Below, one piece after another: positions 39,544 through 49,591 of a stretch of 64,000 bases of DNA. The notes under the pieces were generated by a model. The model ran no database searches. It worked only from the letters and a program-made list of their open reading frames with translations, and was not told the origin of the DNA. The stretch comes from an uncultured virus (IMG/VR IMGVR_UViG_3300042895_000198) (lineage: Duplodnaviria > Heunggongvirae > Uroviricota > Caudoviricetes), in the IMG/VR virus record IMGVR_UViG_3300042895_000198, positions 1 to 64,000 of that record; one strand, given 5' to 3'. The position numbers were made by a program, and so were the translations under genes. Position 1 is the stretch's first letter; each line of letters begins with the position of its first letter.

Positions 39544-40897
39544 GGACTTTACCCGTAAAGTTTTGCCATTCATCAAGTCGGATTACTTTGCCGACAATAC
39601 AGAGAAGGTAGTATTCAAAGAAATCTTTGAGTTTGTAAACAAATACAAAAATCTACCGACTCATGAATCTCTCATCATTAATTTCACCGAGAGTAAAAAA
39701 CTAACTGAACCTGAAGTAAGACAATCAATTGAACTTCTTAAAGAATTACATTCAAGTAAAGAAGAAAAGGTTGAGAGTAAATGGTTAATTGAGCAAACTG
39801 AGAAGTTCTGCCAAGATAAAGCCATCTACAATGCCATCATGGAATCAGTATCAATCCTTGATGACAAACACGGAGATAAACCTAAGGGTGAGATTCCAAA
39901 ACTACTGAGTGATGCTCTTGGTGTTTCTTTTGACCAACACATTGGCCATGATTACATGGCAGATTATGATTCTCGTTTTGATTTCTATCACAAGGTAGAA
40001 TCTCGTATCAAGTTTGACCTTGATATCTTCAATAAGATTACAAAAGGCGGACTGCCGACCAAGACCTTGAACATTGCACTTGCAGGTACTGGTGTTGGTA
40101 AATCATTGTTCATGTGTCACGTTGCCGCTGGTTGCTTGAATCAAGGTCATAATGTTTTGTACATTACAATGGAAATGGCCGAAGAACGTATTGCAGAACG
40201 TATCGATGCTAATTTGCTAAATATTGATTTGAATGAACTTCACACAATCAGTAAAGAAGACTATGAACGTAAATTCAAGGTGTTACAAAACAAGGCTCAT
40301 GGTAAATTGATTATCAAAGAATATCCAACTGCTAGTGCTTCATCACTACATTTCAGAGCATTGTTAAGTGAATTGCATCTGAAGAAGAACTTTGTTCCAC
40401 ATATTATCTTTATTGATTATTTGAACATTTGTGCATCTTCACGTATCAAGGCAGGTGGTTCTGTTAACTCTTATACTTACATCAAGTCTATCGCTGAAGA
40501 ACTGCGTGGTTTGGCTGTTGAACACAATGTGCCAATTGTTTCTGCAACACAAACAACTCGTAGTGGTTTCAGCAATTCGGATCCAGGCCTTGAAGATACT
40601 TCAGAATCATTTGGTTTGCCTGCAACTGCCGACTTTATGTTTGCATTGGTGACTAATGAAGAATTGCAACAATTAAACCAAATCTTGGTGAAACAATTGA
40701 AGAATCGATACTCTGACCCTAACAACTTCAAACGATTCGTTGTTGGTGTTGATAGAGCAAAGATGCGGCTGTATGATGCAGAAGATTCAGCACAGGCAGA
40801 TATTGTTGATGCAGGTCAAGTTGAAGATAAACCTTTGAATACATTTGGAAACCGTGAGAAGAAATTCAGTAAGAATTTTGGTGGACTTAAAGTATGA
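39497..40897 (+). CDS. gp41: Replicative helicase
   Basis: AGTGVGKS, TMEMAEE, IDYLNI, SATQTTR, SESFGLP, QLKNRY. Confidence 0.95.
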   Translation: MNRLEQTILKNLIYNEDFTRKVLPFIKSDYFADNTEKVVFKEIFEFVNKYKNLPTHESLIINFTESKKLTEPEVRQSIELLKELHSSKEEKVESKWLIEQTEKFCQDKAIYNAIMESVSILDDKHGDKPKGEIPKLLSDALGVSFDQHIGHDYMADYDSRFDFYHKVESRIKFDLDIFNKITKGGLPTKTLNIALAGTGVGKSLFMCHVAAGCLNQGHNVLYITMEMAEERIAERIDANLLNIDLNELHTISKEDYERKFKVLQNKAHGKLIIKEYPTASASSLHFRALLSELHLKKNFVPHIIFIDYLNICASSRIKAGGSVNSYTYIKSIAEELRGLAVEHNVPIVSATQTTRSGFSNSDPGLEDTSESFGLPATADFMFALVTNEELQQLNQILVKQLKNRYSDPNNFKRFVVGVDRAKMRLYDAEDSAQADIVDAGQVEDKPLNTFGNREKKFSKNFGGLKV

Positions 40898-42009
40898 CAT
40901 TAACTAAAGAACAAGCCGTACATTGTGCAAATGTATTCTCCAACTACTTTGATAAGTTTGGTCGTATTGATGAATACATGAGAGAACAGAAACTAAATTC
41001 AATGGCCGAAAGACCATTTACTTTGCCTGGCATGGGACCAGAAGAAGATTTGTTTTCTGATTTCACTATGTCACCTGCTGATATGGAATTTGAAATCATG
41101 GAGTTACCACAAGATAGGTGGGACATTTATCTCAATATGATTTCAAGTCACTCAAACATGACCAGTATTCCTGGTCGGTGTTTAAGATTGGCAATTTGGG
41201 AAAAGAAATCACAGAAGTGGGTTGGTTTTATTCGTCTTGGTTCTCCTGTTATCAATTGTAAACCACGCAACGAAATGCTTGGCCAAGTATTCACGCAACA
41301 TGAAGGTGGTGCTCAATTGTTCAATCAATGTGCCGCTATGGGTTTTGTGATTGTACCTGCACAACCATTTGGTTTCAATTATCTCGGTGGTAAATTACTT
41401 GCAGCCATTTGTACAACACATGAAGTACGTAGAATGTTGGATGAAAAGTATAAGATGACCACCTGCTTGTTTGAAACAACCAGTTTGTATGGTTCTTCAA
41501 AGGCAGTATCACAGTATGATGGTATGAAACCTCTGATTCGTTTCAAAGGTTTAACTGATAGTGATTTCTTGCCGATGTTACATGGTAAAACTTATAGTGA
41601 CCTCAAAGAATACATTGAGAATATCATTGGTGAACCACTTGCACCAGAAGGTGCTTCTTCACGCAAGTTGAAGATTTCTAATGCAATGGTGTCTATGATT
41701 AAGATTGGCCTCAAAGGCACACCAGAGGCTACTAAGTTTGCACAGACGATTGAGAATGCCAAGAATCTGAATGAACAGAAACGTTACTTCATTTCAGACT
41801 ATGGTTTTAAGAACATGGTTGATTTTGTAAATGGAAAGACTGACAAGTTAATTCCAGGTGAGAACTATGAGAAACATAATCTGGCCAATATTACAGAGTG
41901 GTGGCGTAAGAAGGCTATCAATCGATTTGAGACCTTGAAGACAGAAGGTCGTATTCGTACAGAACAAGAAGTCTGGACTGGTGATAAAGTGCTTGACATA
42001 ATTCGGTAA
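40894..42009 (+). CDS. DUF4338/DruA-like protein (paralog 2)
   Basis: PGRCLRL, GFIRLGSP, VPAQPFGFNYLGGKLLA, ETTSLYG, SQYDG. Confidence 0.7.
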   Translation: MTLTKEQAVHCANVFSNYFDKFGRIDEYMREQKLNSMAERPFTLPGMGPEEDLFSDFTMSPADMEFEIMELPQDRWDIYLNMISSHSNMTSIPGRCLRLAIWEKKSQKWVGFIRLGSPVINCKPRNEMLGQVFTQHEGGAQLFNQCAAMGFVIVPAQPFGFNYLGGKLLAAICTTHEVRRMLDEKYKMTTCLFETTSLYGSSKAVSQYDGMKPLIRFKGLTDSDFLPMLHGKTYSDLKEYIENIIGEPLAPEGASSRKLKISNAMVSMIKIGLKGTPEATKFAQTIENAKNLNEQKRYFISDYGFKNMVDFVNGKTDKLIPGENYEKHNLANITEWWRKKAINRFETLKTEGRIRTEQEVWTGDKVLDIIR

Positions 42010-42043
42010 TTCTGGTAGGATAAATACTCCAAAAAGGAGTATT
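41993..42043 (+). promoter_or_regulatory. Overlapping sigma70 and late promoters with RBS-sequestering hairpin
   Basis: TTGACA-N17-TAGGAT; GATAAATA at 42019-42026; AATACTCC-AAAAA-GGAGTATT hairpin. Confidence 0.6.
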
Positions 42044-42044
42044 G

Positions 42045-43376
42045 ATGACACCAGCAGATTTAAAGAAAGAAGCCGGCAAAGGTCCATATAAAGGAATTGC
42101 ACGTAGTCAAATTATTAAATTGAAAATTGCTGACGGAAAAGAGTTTACTTTAAACAATGGAGCTAAAGTAAAAGGCACCAATTGGGATGAGAAAACCTAT
42201 ACTCTATTTGTCGGCACTCGTAAAATTTCTTTGAAAGAGGTTAAGAAAGACCCCGACTTTGGCGGTGGTGGTTCTGGTGCTGGTGCTGATGTTACTGCTA
42301 TCGTTGAATGTGGTCAAGCATTAGTTTGTTCCTTGATTTATAATGTGATAAAAAAAGAAATTAAATGGGAAGATTTGACGTATGATGGCCTACAAAAGGC
42401 AATGCAATATTGCGATTTGTCTGAAACCTTTGATACAATCATAGACCGTTCACCTCCAGAGTGGGTACAATCATATGTAAAATCAGCAAACATATTGTAT
42501 AGAAATTATAAAATGTCTGGAACACCTGTGTATTTTCATAGAGGTTCTAAATTTATGAACGAAGTATATTCTGGAAAAAAGATTGTATTTGATGCTGATA
42601 AAAAATCAGATAACCCACAAGCACCAGGTTCTTTTTCTGATGACAAATGGAATCCAGGAGATATTTGGATGACCACTTTAAAAACTGTGCCAAAAATTAG
42701 TACCGATTCTTGGGCTTCATTGAACAAAGACATTTATGACTTAGCTAGAGCCAAAAAATTAGTTGGTGTGTCTTTAAAAAAGGTTGGCGCTTCAGCACAC
42801 ATTGAAGAATATAACGCATTATCGGCTAAACAAACAAAAGAATATCGATATGCCAGTTTCAGAGTAACATCTGCTTCAGAACGTGGCCCATTACCTCCAT
42901 TCTTCAATTCTATTGACTTGTACATGTCCATTGGCGATAGAGAAGTACAGTTTCGAGCTACATCTGGTGAAGCCAGCTGGCAAGGAGAAATTAAAGGAGC
43001 AACAGCTGCCGGTGGTAAAATTGGTGGTGGTAATGTCAACTTCTATTTGAAAAAATATGTTGGTAAAGGTTTATTTGATAAGAGTGAAGATGAAGTTTTA
43101 AAATTCGTTAAGACAAAAGACTTTTTTCCAGAATTTTATGCACTATATAAAAAACACTTTGATGGCAAAATATTACCATATGAAGAATTTGTTATGAATG
43201 CTAATAATAAACAAAAAGATTCAAAAGGATATCTGTTCTCTAAATATATGAACATGAAATTTATTGATATATTCCTAAGTGCAAACACGGCTACTCGTAA
43301 TAAAATTGCTACCGACTTTGTGAGATATGCTGCTTCGAATACAGACCAAAGTTCCTTTTTCGTAAAAATATCCTAA
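42045..43376 (+). CDS. Hypothetical protein, putative PD-(D/E)xK-like nuclease
   Basis: E...DDKWNPGDIW...GVSLKK pattern. Confidence 0.55.
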   Translation: MTPADLKKEAGKGPYKGIARSQIIKLKIADGKEFTLNNGAKVKGTNWDEKTYTLFVGTRKISLKEVKKDPDFGGGGSGAGADVTAIVECGQALVCSLIYNVIKKEIKWEDLTYDGLQKAMQYCDLSETFDTIIDRSPPEWVQSYVKSANILYRNYKMSGTPVYFHRGSKFMNEVYSGKKIVFDADKKSDNPQAPGSFSDDKWNPGDIWMTTLKTVPKISTDSWASLNKDIYDLARAKKLVGVSLKKVGASAHIEEYNALSAKQTKEYRYASFRVTSASERGPLPPFFNSIDLYMSIGDREVQFRATSGEASWQGEIKGATAAGGKIGGGNVNFYLKKYVGKGLFDKSEDEVLKFVKTKDFFPEFYALYKKHFDGKILPYEEFVMNANNKQKDSKGYLFSKYMNMKFIDIFLSANTATRNKIATDFVRYAASNTDQSSFFVKIS

Positions 43377-43377
43377 A

Positions 43378-44610
43378 ATGAAATTCACACAATTTTTAAC
43401 CGAATCAAAAAAAGAAGGTGCTAACCTTCACCTAGAACACATTGAAGATGAAGTTCTGAATCGTGGTGTATCTGGTGTTAGAGATGCAATCAACTTCTTG
43501 CAATCTCTCCGTGACATGCTCGCAGGCCATTCTAATTCTAAAGTGAACCTAACTACAAAATGGGATGGTGCACCTGCTATTTTCTGTGGTATTAATCCAG
43601 ACAATGGCAAATTCTTTGTTGGTACTAAAGGTGTATTCAATGCCAATCCTAAGTTAAACTACACCGATGCAGACATTGATGCAAACCATGCTTCAGAAGG
43701 ATTAAACTCCAAACTTAAAGTTGCATTACGTTATTTGCCAAAATTAGGCATTAAGGGTGTATTACAAGGCGACATGATGTTTGCTAAAGGTGATATACAG
43801 AACAAAACAATTGATGGTGAAGACTACATCACATTTCAACCAAATACAATTGTCTATGCTGTGCCTGCTGATTCTAAGTTAGCACAAATGATGTTGGCTG
43901 CTCAGATGGGTGTGGTGTTTCATACTTCATATACAGGTAAAACATTCTCTGATATGAAAGCCTCATTCAACATTGATATTAAGAATCTTACAACAACCAA
44001 AGATGTTTGGTTCCGTGATGCTTACTTTGTTGATGCTTCAGGCACTGCCTCATTTACCGAAGAAGAAACAAGAACTGTCACATCTATTCTGTCTCAAGCA
44101 GGCAGAACTTTTCAAACAATCAATTCATTAAACTTGAATCGTATTTCAACAAGTGATGTTATTCTTACATACATTAAAACATTCAATAACACCAAAGTGC
44201 GTGAAGGTCTGAAGATTAAAGACACAAGAGCTCACACACTAGAGTTGATTCGTTGGGTTGAGGCTAAATTGAACAAAGACATTATTGATGCCAAGAAGGA
44301 AGAAACCAGACAGAAACGTATCAAAGAGAAAACAGAGATTATGCGTTTCTTCCGTAATGCGTCAACAGACTTGAAAAACATTTTTGATTTGATGAATCAG
44401 TTGGTTGATGTTAAGAATATGATTGTTAAGAAGTTGCAACAAATGAAACAAGTAACCAATACATTCTTACGTACTGATGATGGTTTCAAAGTTACCAATC
44501 CAGAAGGTTTTGTGGCAGTTGATAGGTTAAAAGGTAATGCTGTTAAGTTGATTGATAGACTGGAATTTGCTCATGCTAACTTTAATGCCGCTAAGAATTG
44601 GAGCAAGTAA
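43378..44610 (+). CDS. DUF6267-like protein, ligase-like nucleotidyltransferase motifs
   Basis: NLHLEHIED, TKWDGAP (KxDG), QGD, EGFV, VKL. Confidence 0.65.
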   Translation: MKFTQFLTESKKEGANLHLEHIEDEVLNRGVSGVRDAINFLQSLRDMLAGHSNSKVNLTTKWDGAPAIFCGINPDNGKFFVGTKGVFNANPKLNYTDADIDANHASEGLNSKLKVALRYLPKLGIKGVLQGDMMFAKGDIQNKTIDGEDYITFQPNTIVYAVPADSKLAQMMLAAQMGVVFHTSYTGKTFSDMKASFNIDIKNLTTTKDVWFRDAYFVDASGTASFTEEETRTVTSILSQAGRTFQTINSLNLNRISTSDVILTYIKTFNNTKVREGLKIKDTRAHTLELIRWVEAKLNKDIIDAKKEETRQKRIKEKTEIMRFFRNASTDLKNIFDLMNQLVDVKNMIVKKLQQMKQVTNTFLRTDDGFKVTNPEGFVAVDRLKGNAVKLIDRLEFAHANFNAAKNWSK

Positions 44611-44888
44611 TGGATAAGAAATTTGATTTAACCGAAATCTTAGCCGAGTATGGTGAAGACGACTTTGGATTTACGGCAACTGACGAAGAAGAATACAATG
44701 CGGTTATTGCGGAAAAAGATGAAACAGTTGAAGAATACAAAGCAAGATTAGAAGCAGTTGAAAAGTTGATTCTGCCTTTCTTAACTAGGTTGTTAAAGAC
44801 TGCTGACCAACCGATTATTAAGTGGCCTAACCGCAAGCCGGCATTAGAGGCACAAATTCAAAAGATATTAAACCTAACACGAGGTTGA
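44610..44888 (+). CDS. Hypothetical protein
   Basis: DDFGFT...ILPFL..L...IKWPNR. Confidence 0.65.
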   Translation: MDKKFDLTEILAEYGEDDFGFTATDEEEYNAVIAEKDETVEEYKARLEAVEKLILPFLTRLLKTADQPIIKWPNRKPALEAQIQKILNLTRG

Positions 44889-44889
44889 A

Positions 44890-45225
44890 ATGAAATTTAC
44901 CGAATTCGATGAACTAATGGAAGCAGCCTATGCAGGCAATATCGGTATCATGGAACTGATTAAGTTTAAAAGTAATGCTAGTCCAGAACAGAAAAAACAG
45001 TTTGATGACCATGTGAAGAACAAGCGCCACAAAGACGCATGGAAGATGGTCCAAGACGTTACAGGAGTCAAACTACATAAGAGTGTGCATGAAGAAATTA
45101 AACCTGATATCCTGCCTAAATCTGGCGCAGGTGCATGGGGAACAGATACTCTGGCAAACAACTATAAAAAAGGCACGCCAGGCCAAAACATTACCTCATT
45201 TAAAGACTACAAGACAACTAAGTAA
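44890..45225 (+). CDS. Hypothetical protein, possible internal head protein
   Basis: N-term MKFTEFDELMEA; GAGAWGT..TPGQ. Confidence 0.6.
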   Translation: MKFTEFDELMEAAYAGNIGIMELIKFKSNASPEQKKQFDDHVKNKRHKDAWKMVQDVTGVKLHKSVHEEIKPDILPKSGAGAWGTDTLANNYKKGTPGQNITSFKDYKTTK

Positions 45226-45242
45226 ACCAACTGGAGTATATT

Positions 45243-46079
45243 ATGAAAGATTTGATAATCGGTGCAAGTACCAACTATGATTGGGACAAATTAAAATATT
45301 GGATTAATTCCATTAATAAATCGGGATTTGAAGGTGATAAAGTCCTGATTCTAATGAACTGTGATGCCGCCACAGTTAAAAAAGTTAACGCAGCAGGTTT
45401 TAAAGTTATTGGATTCAATCAAGATTCCGATGGTAACTTGACCTACAAATCAGAAATGCCAATCCACGTTGAGCGATTTGGCCATATCTACGAATATCTC
45501 CGCAAAAATGAATATCGTTACGTCATTACGACAGACGTAAAGGATGTTATTTTCCAATCCAACCCTATTGACTTCTTAGAAGCAAATTGCCTTAGACATA
45601 ATCTGGTGTTTTCTTCTGAGAGCATGTTATACAAAGACGAACCTTGGGGCAACCAAAACCTGTTGGAGACTTTTGGCCCTTATGTACACGGAATTTACAA
45701 AGAAAATGAAATCTATAATGTTGGTGTTCTTGCTGGTACTGGCTCTGCGGTGCGTGATTTGGCAATTAACATCTTCACCATGGCAGCAAACTGTCCGATA
45801 CCAATTTGCGACCAATCAACATTTAACTTCATGGTCTCTATGAGTCCTTATAAAGAAACTTCTCTTTATACTCAATCAGAAACAGGTTGGGCTTGCCAGT
45901 TGGGCACAACAGCAGACCCTAGTAAGATTAATCAATTTAAACCACATCTGTTAGAACCATCTCCTTCTATGTACCGAGGTATTGTGACCACATCAAAAGG
46001 AATTCCATACCATATTGTTCATCAATATGATAGAGTGCCTGAAATGCGCCGGATGATTGAGGAGAAATACGGTGAGTAA
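45243..46079 (+). CDS. Putative glycosyltransferase
   Basis: TTDVKDVIFQSNP, NVGVLAG, DQSTFN, IVHQYDR. Confidence 0.65.
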   Translation: MKDLIIGASTNYDWDKLKYWINSINKSGFEGDKVLILMNCDAATVKKVNAAGFKVIGFNQDSDGNLTYKSEMPIHVERFGHIYEYLRKNEYRYVITTDVKDVIFQSNPIDFLEANCLRHNLVFSSESMLYKDEPWGNQNLLETFGPYVHGIYKENEIYNVGVLAGTGSAVRDLAINIFTMAANCPIPICDQSTFNFMVSMSPYKETSLYTQSETGWACQLGTTADPSKINQFKPHLLEPSPSMYRGIVTTSKGIPYHIVHQYDRVPEMRRMIEEKYGE

Positions 46080-46782
46080 CGCATTAGTAATGGCAGGTCA
46101 TGTAAGAACCTTTAAAAGTATCGCAGAAGAACTAACACATTTTATTCGCTTCAATGAATTGGATGTGTATCTGTATATTTGGGATGAAGGCAACCAAGAT
46201 GAAATTGATTTTGTTGTTAAGACTTTGAAGCCAATTAAATGGAAGGCAGAGAAGAATGAAATTTATCTGCCAGAATTCCTTGAGGCTGAACAAAGAATCG
46301 TAACAAAAAATCCAAAAGAACTTATTACACCAGATAAAAACTTTGCAACACTATCGATGCACTTTGCACGTAGAAAAGCATTTGAGTTGATTGAAAAAGA
46401 ATATGATAATGTTGTATTCTCCAGATTTGATACACATATGAATGCCTTCAGAATCAAAGCAATTGTTTCTGAATTTCCTGATGCAGTTGTTACACCAACC
46501 AATGAGCAGTATGGTATGGTGTCTGATATCTTTGCTATTGTTCCATGGAAATATGCAGACAACTACTTCTTCTACCCACGAGCAGAAGATATCTTGTCAC
46601 GTAGATTCAATAAGAAAATGAAAGAATGGTTATCAGTTAAATTCTATTGGGAAAATGCTCAAAGAGATATCCGTTTACATGATGAGAATAGATATTGCCC
46701 ACACATGTTGTGTATGAGAAACTTTTTTGAAACAAACACACCATATACTGTTGTTGATTTGCCTGTATTTTTAAGAAGATGA
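46072..46782 (+). CDS. Putative glycosyltransferase-like protein
   Basis: GTG start with GGAG; ALVMAGHVR, YDNVVFSRFD, SDIFA; similar to the next gene. Confidence 0.55.
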   Translation: MSNALVMAGHVRTFKSIAEELTHFIRFNELDVYLYIWDEGNQDEIDFVVKTLKPIKWKAEKNEIYLPEFLEAEQRIVTKNPKELITPDKNFATLSMHFARRKAFELIEKEYDNVVFSRFDTHMNAFRIKAIVSEFPDAVVTPTNEQYGMVSDIFAIVPWKYADNYFFYPRAEDILSRRFNKKMKEWLSVKFYWENAQRDIRLHDENRYCPHMLCMRNFFETNTPYTVVDLPVFLRR

Positions 46783-46783
46783 T

Positions 46784-47482
46784 ATGAAAATTGCTTTATG
46801 TTTATCTGGCCAAGCCAGAAGTTTCAAACAAGGTTATGAATACTATAAAAGAAACCTATTAGACAAACACGATGTGGATATATTCATTCACACATGGGAA
46901 GCTGAAGGCCTTGAAGAACTCCGTCAGTTGTATAAACCTGTAAAGATGGTGGTTGAGAAACCATTGGTTGGTGATTTTGATAAGAAGTACACAAACACAC
47001 CAAATGCACAGGCACACCCATCACGCTTCACGGTGGCTATGTTGTATTCTATTTTCCAAACTATGTTGTATAAGACAGAACAGGAAATGGATAAAAAGTT
47101 TCTGTATGATTGGGTTATCAAGTCACGTACAGATTATGCCTTGAATGTGGAGATTCCATTTGCAGATTTGGATCCAACTAAGTTGTATATTCCAAATTGC
47201 AGAATGGTGCCTGAACGTGATTTTGGTAATGACCAATTTGCATTTGGTAATTCAAATGTGATGAATCGTAGAATGTCAATTTACTTGAATATGGAACACT
47301 ACTATGACCAAGGTGTTCAGATGATTGGTGAAGATATGATGAGAGCTCATCTACACCACCACAGTCTTATTGGTGAGAATCTAGTTTATGTGAACATGAA
47401 CAACCCATTTCCACCTGGCCAATTTAACGGCACTTGGCATAGTTTAATTAGGGATGATGCTGCCGAATGGAAGAAAAAGTAA
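46784..47482 (+). CDS. Putative glycosyltransferase-like protein
   Basis: MKIALCLSGQAR, DIFIHTW, YDWVIKSRTD, NDQFAFG. Confidence 0.6.
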   Translation: MKIALCLSGQARSFKQGYEYYKRNLLDKHDVDIFIHTWEAEGLEELRQLYKPVKMVVEKPLVGDFDKKYTNTPNAQAHPSRFTVAMLYSIFQTMLYKTEQEMDKKFLYDWVIKSRTDYALNVEIPFADLDPTKLYIPNCRMVPERDFGNDQFAFGNSNVMNRRMSIYLNMEHYYDQGVQMIGEDMMRAHLHHHSLIGENLVYVNMNNPFPPGQFNGTWHSLIRDDAAEWKKK

Positions 47483-48207
47483 TTAAAGAACTTAAAGGAC
47501 ATTCTGGTAGTAAAATCTATCTAATGTCTGATAAGTATAAAAAATTCATTAGAAAAGTTGGTAACACAGAAAGAAACTACGAGAGGTTAATTTCTCTCGC
47601 TGGTTATTATCCTGTACCTAACATCTTTGAATACAAAGACCCCGTGTTGGATATGGAATATATTCATGGCCTAGACATGAAGAACTATTTGTTATCTGGT
47701 TCAACACAGAATTTAACCAATTTTCTATTAGATATATTAAGTAGTTTTGCGGATAGTGTGGTTGACAAAGACTACACAGAAGTGTATAATAAGAAGTTGG
47801 AATGGGTTGATAAAGAAGATTTGCCTTTTACCAAAGATGAATTGATTGCTAAGTTGCCTAAAATTCTACCACAGTCACAGTATCATGGTGATTTGACTTT
47901 GGAGAATATACTGCATACAAGCAACGAATTCTATATGATTGACGCAGTTACTATTGAATATGATTCATACATATTTGATATTGCTAAACTCAGACAGGAT
48001 TTAGAATGCAAATGGTTTCTACGTGATACAAACCTGATGTTAGATGTTAAGTTGTCAAGCATTCAGAAAAGAATTCTAAAAGAGTTTCCATTAGCCAACA
48101 ATGATTATATTCTAATATTGATGTTGTTGCGAGTATACCTACACACAAAACCAGGCGACATGGAAAGACAATTTATAGTGAAAGAGATTAATAGATTATG
48201 GAAGTAA
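47467..48207 (+). CDS. Aminoglycoside/choline-kinase-like phosphotransferase
   Basis: GHSGS, MEYIHG, HGDLTLENIL, MID, DIAKLRQD. Confidence 0.8.
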   Translation: MEEKVIKELKGHSGSKIYLMSDKYKKFIRKVGNTERNYERLISLAGYYPVPNIFEYKDPVLDMEYIHGLDMKNYLLSGSTQNLTNFLLDILSSFADSVVDKDYTEVYNKKLEWVDKEDLPFTKDELIAKLPKILPQSQYHGDLTLENILHTSNEFYMIDAVTIEYDSYIFDIAKLRQDLECKWFLRDTNLMLDVKLSSIQKRILKEFPLANNDYILILMLLRVYLHTKPGDMERQFIVKEINRLWK

Positions 48208-48896
48208 TTGTACCGGCCGCAGGCCTATCAACTAGGTTTCCAAATATGAAACCAAAATATCTTCTGTTAGATAAAAATGACAGAATGATGTTAGCTAAAT
48301 CCATCAACCCATATTTGTCTGAGGGTCACAATGTTACTGTTGGTATTCTTCAGGCACACATTGACAAATACGATTCTTACAACCTTTTAAAGGCTCAGTT
48401 TGGTGATAAGATTAACATTATTGTTATTCCAAAAGTAACAAGTGGTCCTGCTGATACTGTTTATCAGATTATTAAGGCTGCAAATATACCTGAAGACTCT
48501 GAGTTTTTGATTAAAGACTGTGATAGTTACTTCACACATACCAATACACCTGGCAACTATGTCTGTATTAGTAGAATTGCAAACCATTTCATGTTAAGTA
48601 ATTTGGCTGCCAAGAGTTTCGTGGTTTCAAATGAACAAGGCATTATTACTGATATCATTGAGAAGAAAGTGGTATCTGATAAGTTTTGTGTTGGTGGTTA
48701 TAAGTTTGAATCCATCAAACTCTATGTTGATACATATGAGAAATTAAATAGTAATGTACATAATGAAATTTTTGTTTCACACATCATACAAGAATGCCTA
48801 ATGAACGATTGTATCTTCTTTGAGAAGGATGTACAAGGTTATAATGATGTTGGAACAATAGAAGATTGGCGAAAATATAATGAGTCTCTTACCTGA
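48198..48896 (+). CDS. Sugar-phosphate nucleotidyltransferase (NTP transferase family)
   Basis: IVPAAGLSTRFP..PK, TSGPADT, DCD, IEKK, DVGT. Confidence 0.8.
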   Translation: MEVIVPAAGLSTRFPNMKPKYLLLDKNDRMMLAKSINPYLSEGHNVTVGILQAHIDKYDSYNLLKAQFGDKINIIVIPKVTSGPADTVYQIIKAANIPEDSEFLIKDCDSYFTHTNTPGNYVCISRIANHFMLSNLAAKSFVVSNEQGIITDIIEKKVVSDKFCVGGYKFESIKLYVDTYEKLNSNVHNEIFVSHIIQECLMNDCIFFEKDVQGYNDVGTIEDWRKYNESLT

Positions 48897-49590
48897 TAAA
48901 AACCTAATCATTGTCACATCGGCATTGGCACCAAACATAGGTGTTATTCCAAATGAAGACAGATATAAACAAACGATTGATTCGTTGGTGTCTCTACGTA
49001 AACACTTTCCAAATGATATCATTTTATTTACTGATGGTTCACCAAATGAAGTTGACCAAAAATGGTTAGAAAACATTTCAAACCATGCCGACATTATGGC
49101 AGTGTGGCACCAAGACAAAGATGTGAACCACTATGCAAGCGGTGGTATGAAAAGTCAGGCTGAACTTGTGTTGTTAATGAAAACAATTAATGTGTTGTAC
49201 AACAATCCAGACTTGATGAGTATGATGCATAGTGTTAAACGTATCTTTAAATACTCGGCACGTACAGTATTGCTTGATGAGTTTGATTTAAAAGAGTATG
49301 ATGGTCTATTTGGAAAGTATGTGTTTAAGAAGGCCATTCCATCTTGGATGCCTGATGAAGCTAAGTTGATGTTAACAGACCACTTGTACATCACTAGGAT
49401 GTATTCATTGTGCCCATCATTGGTGAAGGATTACATGGCAACTTTGATGGCTTGTTTAGAAAATACTAATCAAGGAATGGATACAGAACACGCACACCAC
49501 ATGAACATAGATAAACGATACGTGATTGAATTTGATAAACTGCATTGTTCTGGCATAATGGCCAGTACAGGCGCAACTGAGGTATATTAA
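48880..49590 (+). CDS. Hypothetical protein (glycan cluster)
   Basis: Coupled ORF; IVTSAL, RIFKYSAR. Confidence 0.6.
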   Translation: MSLLPDKNLIIVTSALAPNIGVIPNEDRYKQTIDSLVSLRKHFPNDIILFTDGSPNEVDQKWLENISNHADIMAVWHQDKDVNHYASGGMKSQAELVLLMKTINVLYNNPDLMSMMHSVKRIFKYSARTVLLDEFDLKEYDGLFGKYVFKKAIPSWMPDEAKLMLTDHLYITRMYSLCPSLVKDYMATLMACLENTNQGMDTEHAHHMNIDKRYVIEFDKLHCSGIMASTGATEVY

Positions 49591-49591
49591 T

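Noticed and set aside
35649..40897. Introns or inteins in gp43, uvsX, gp41
   Set aside because: The ORFs are continuous and of normal length, with no intein motifs.
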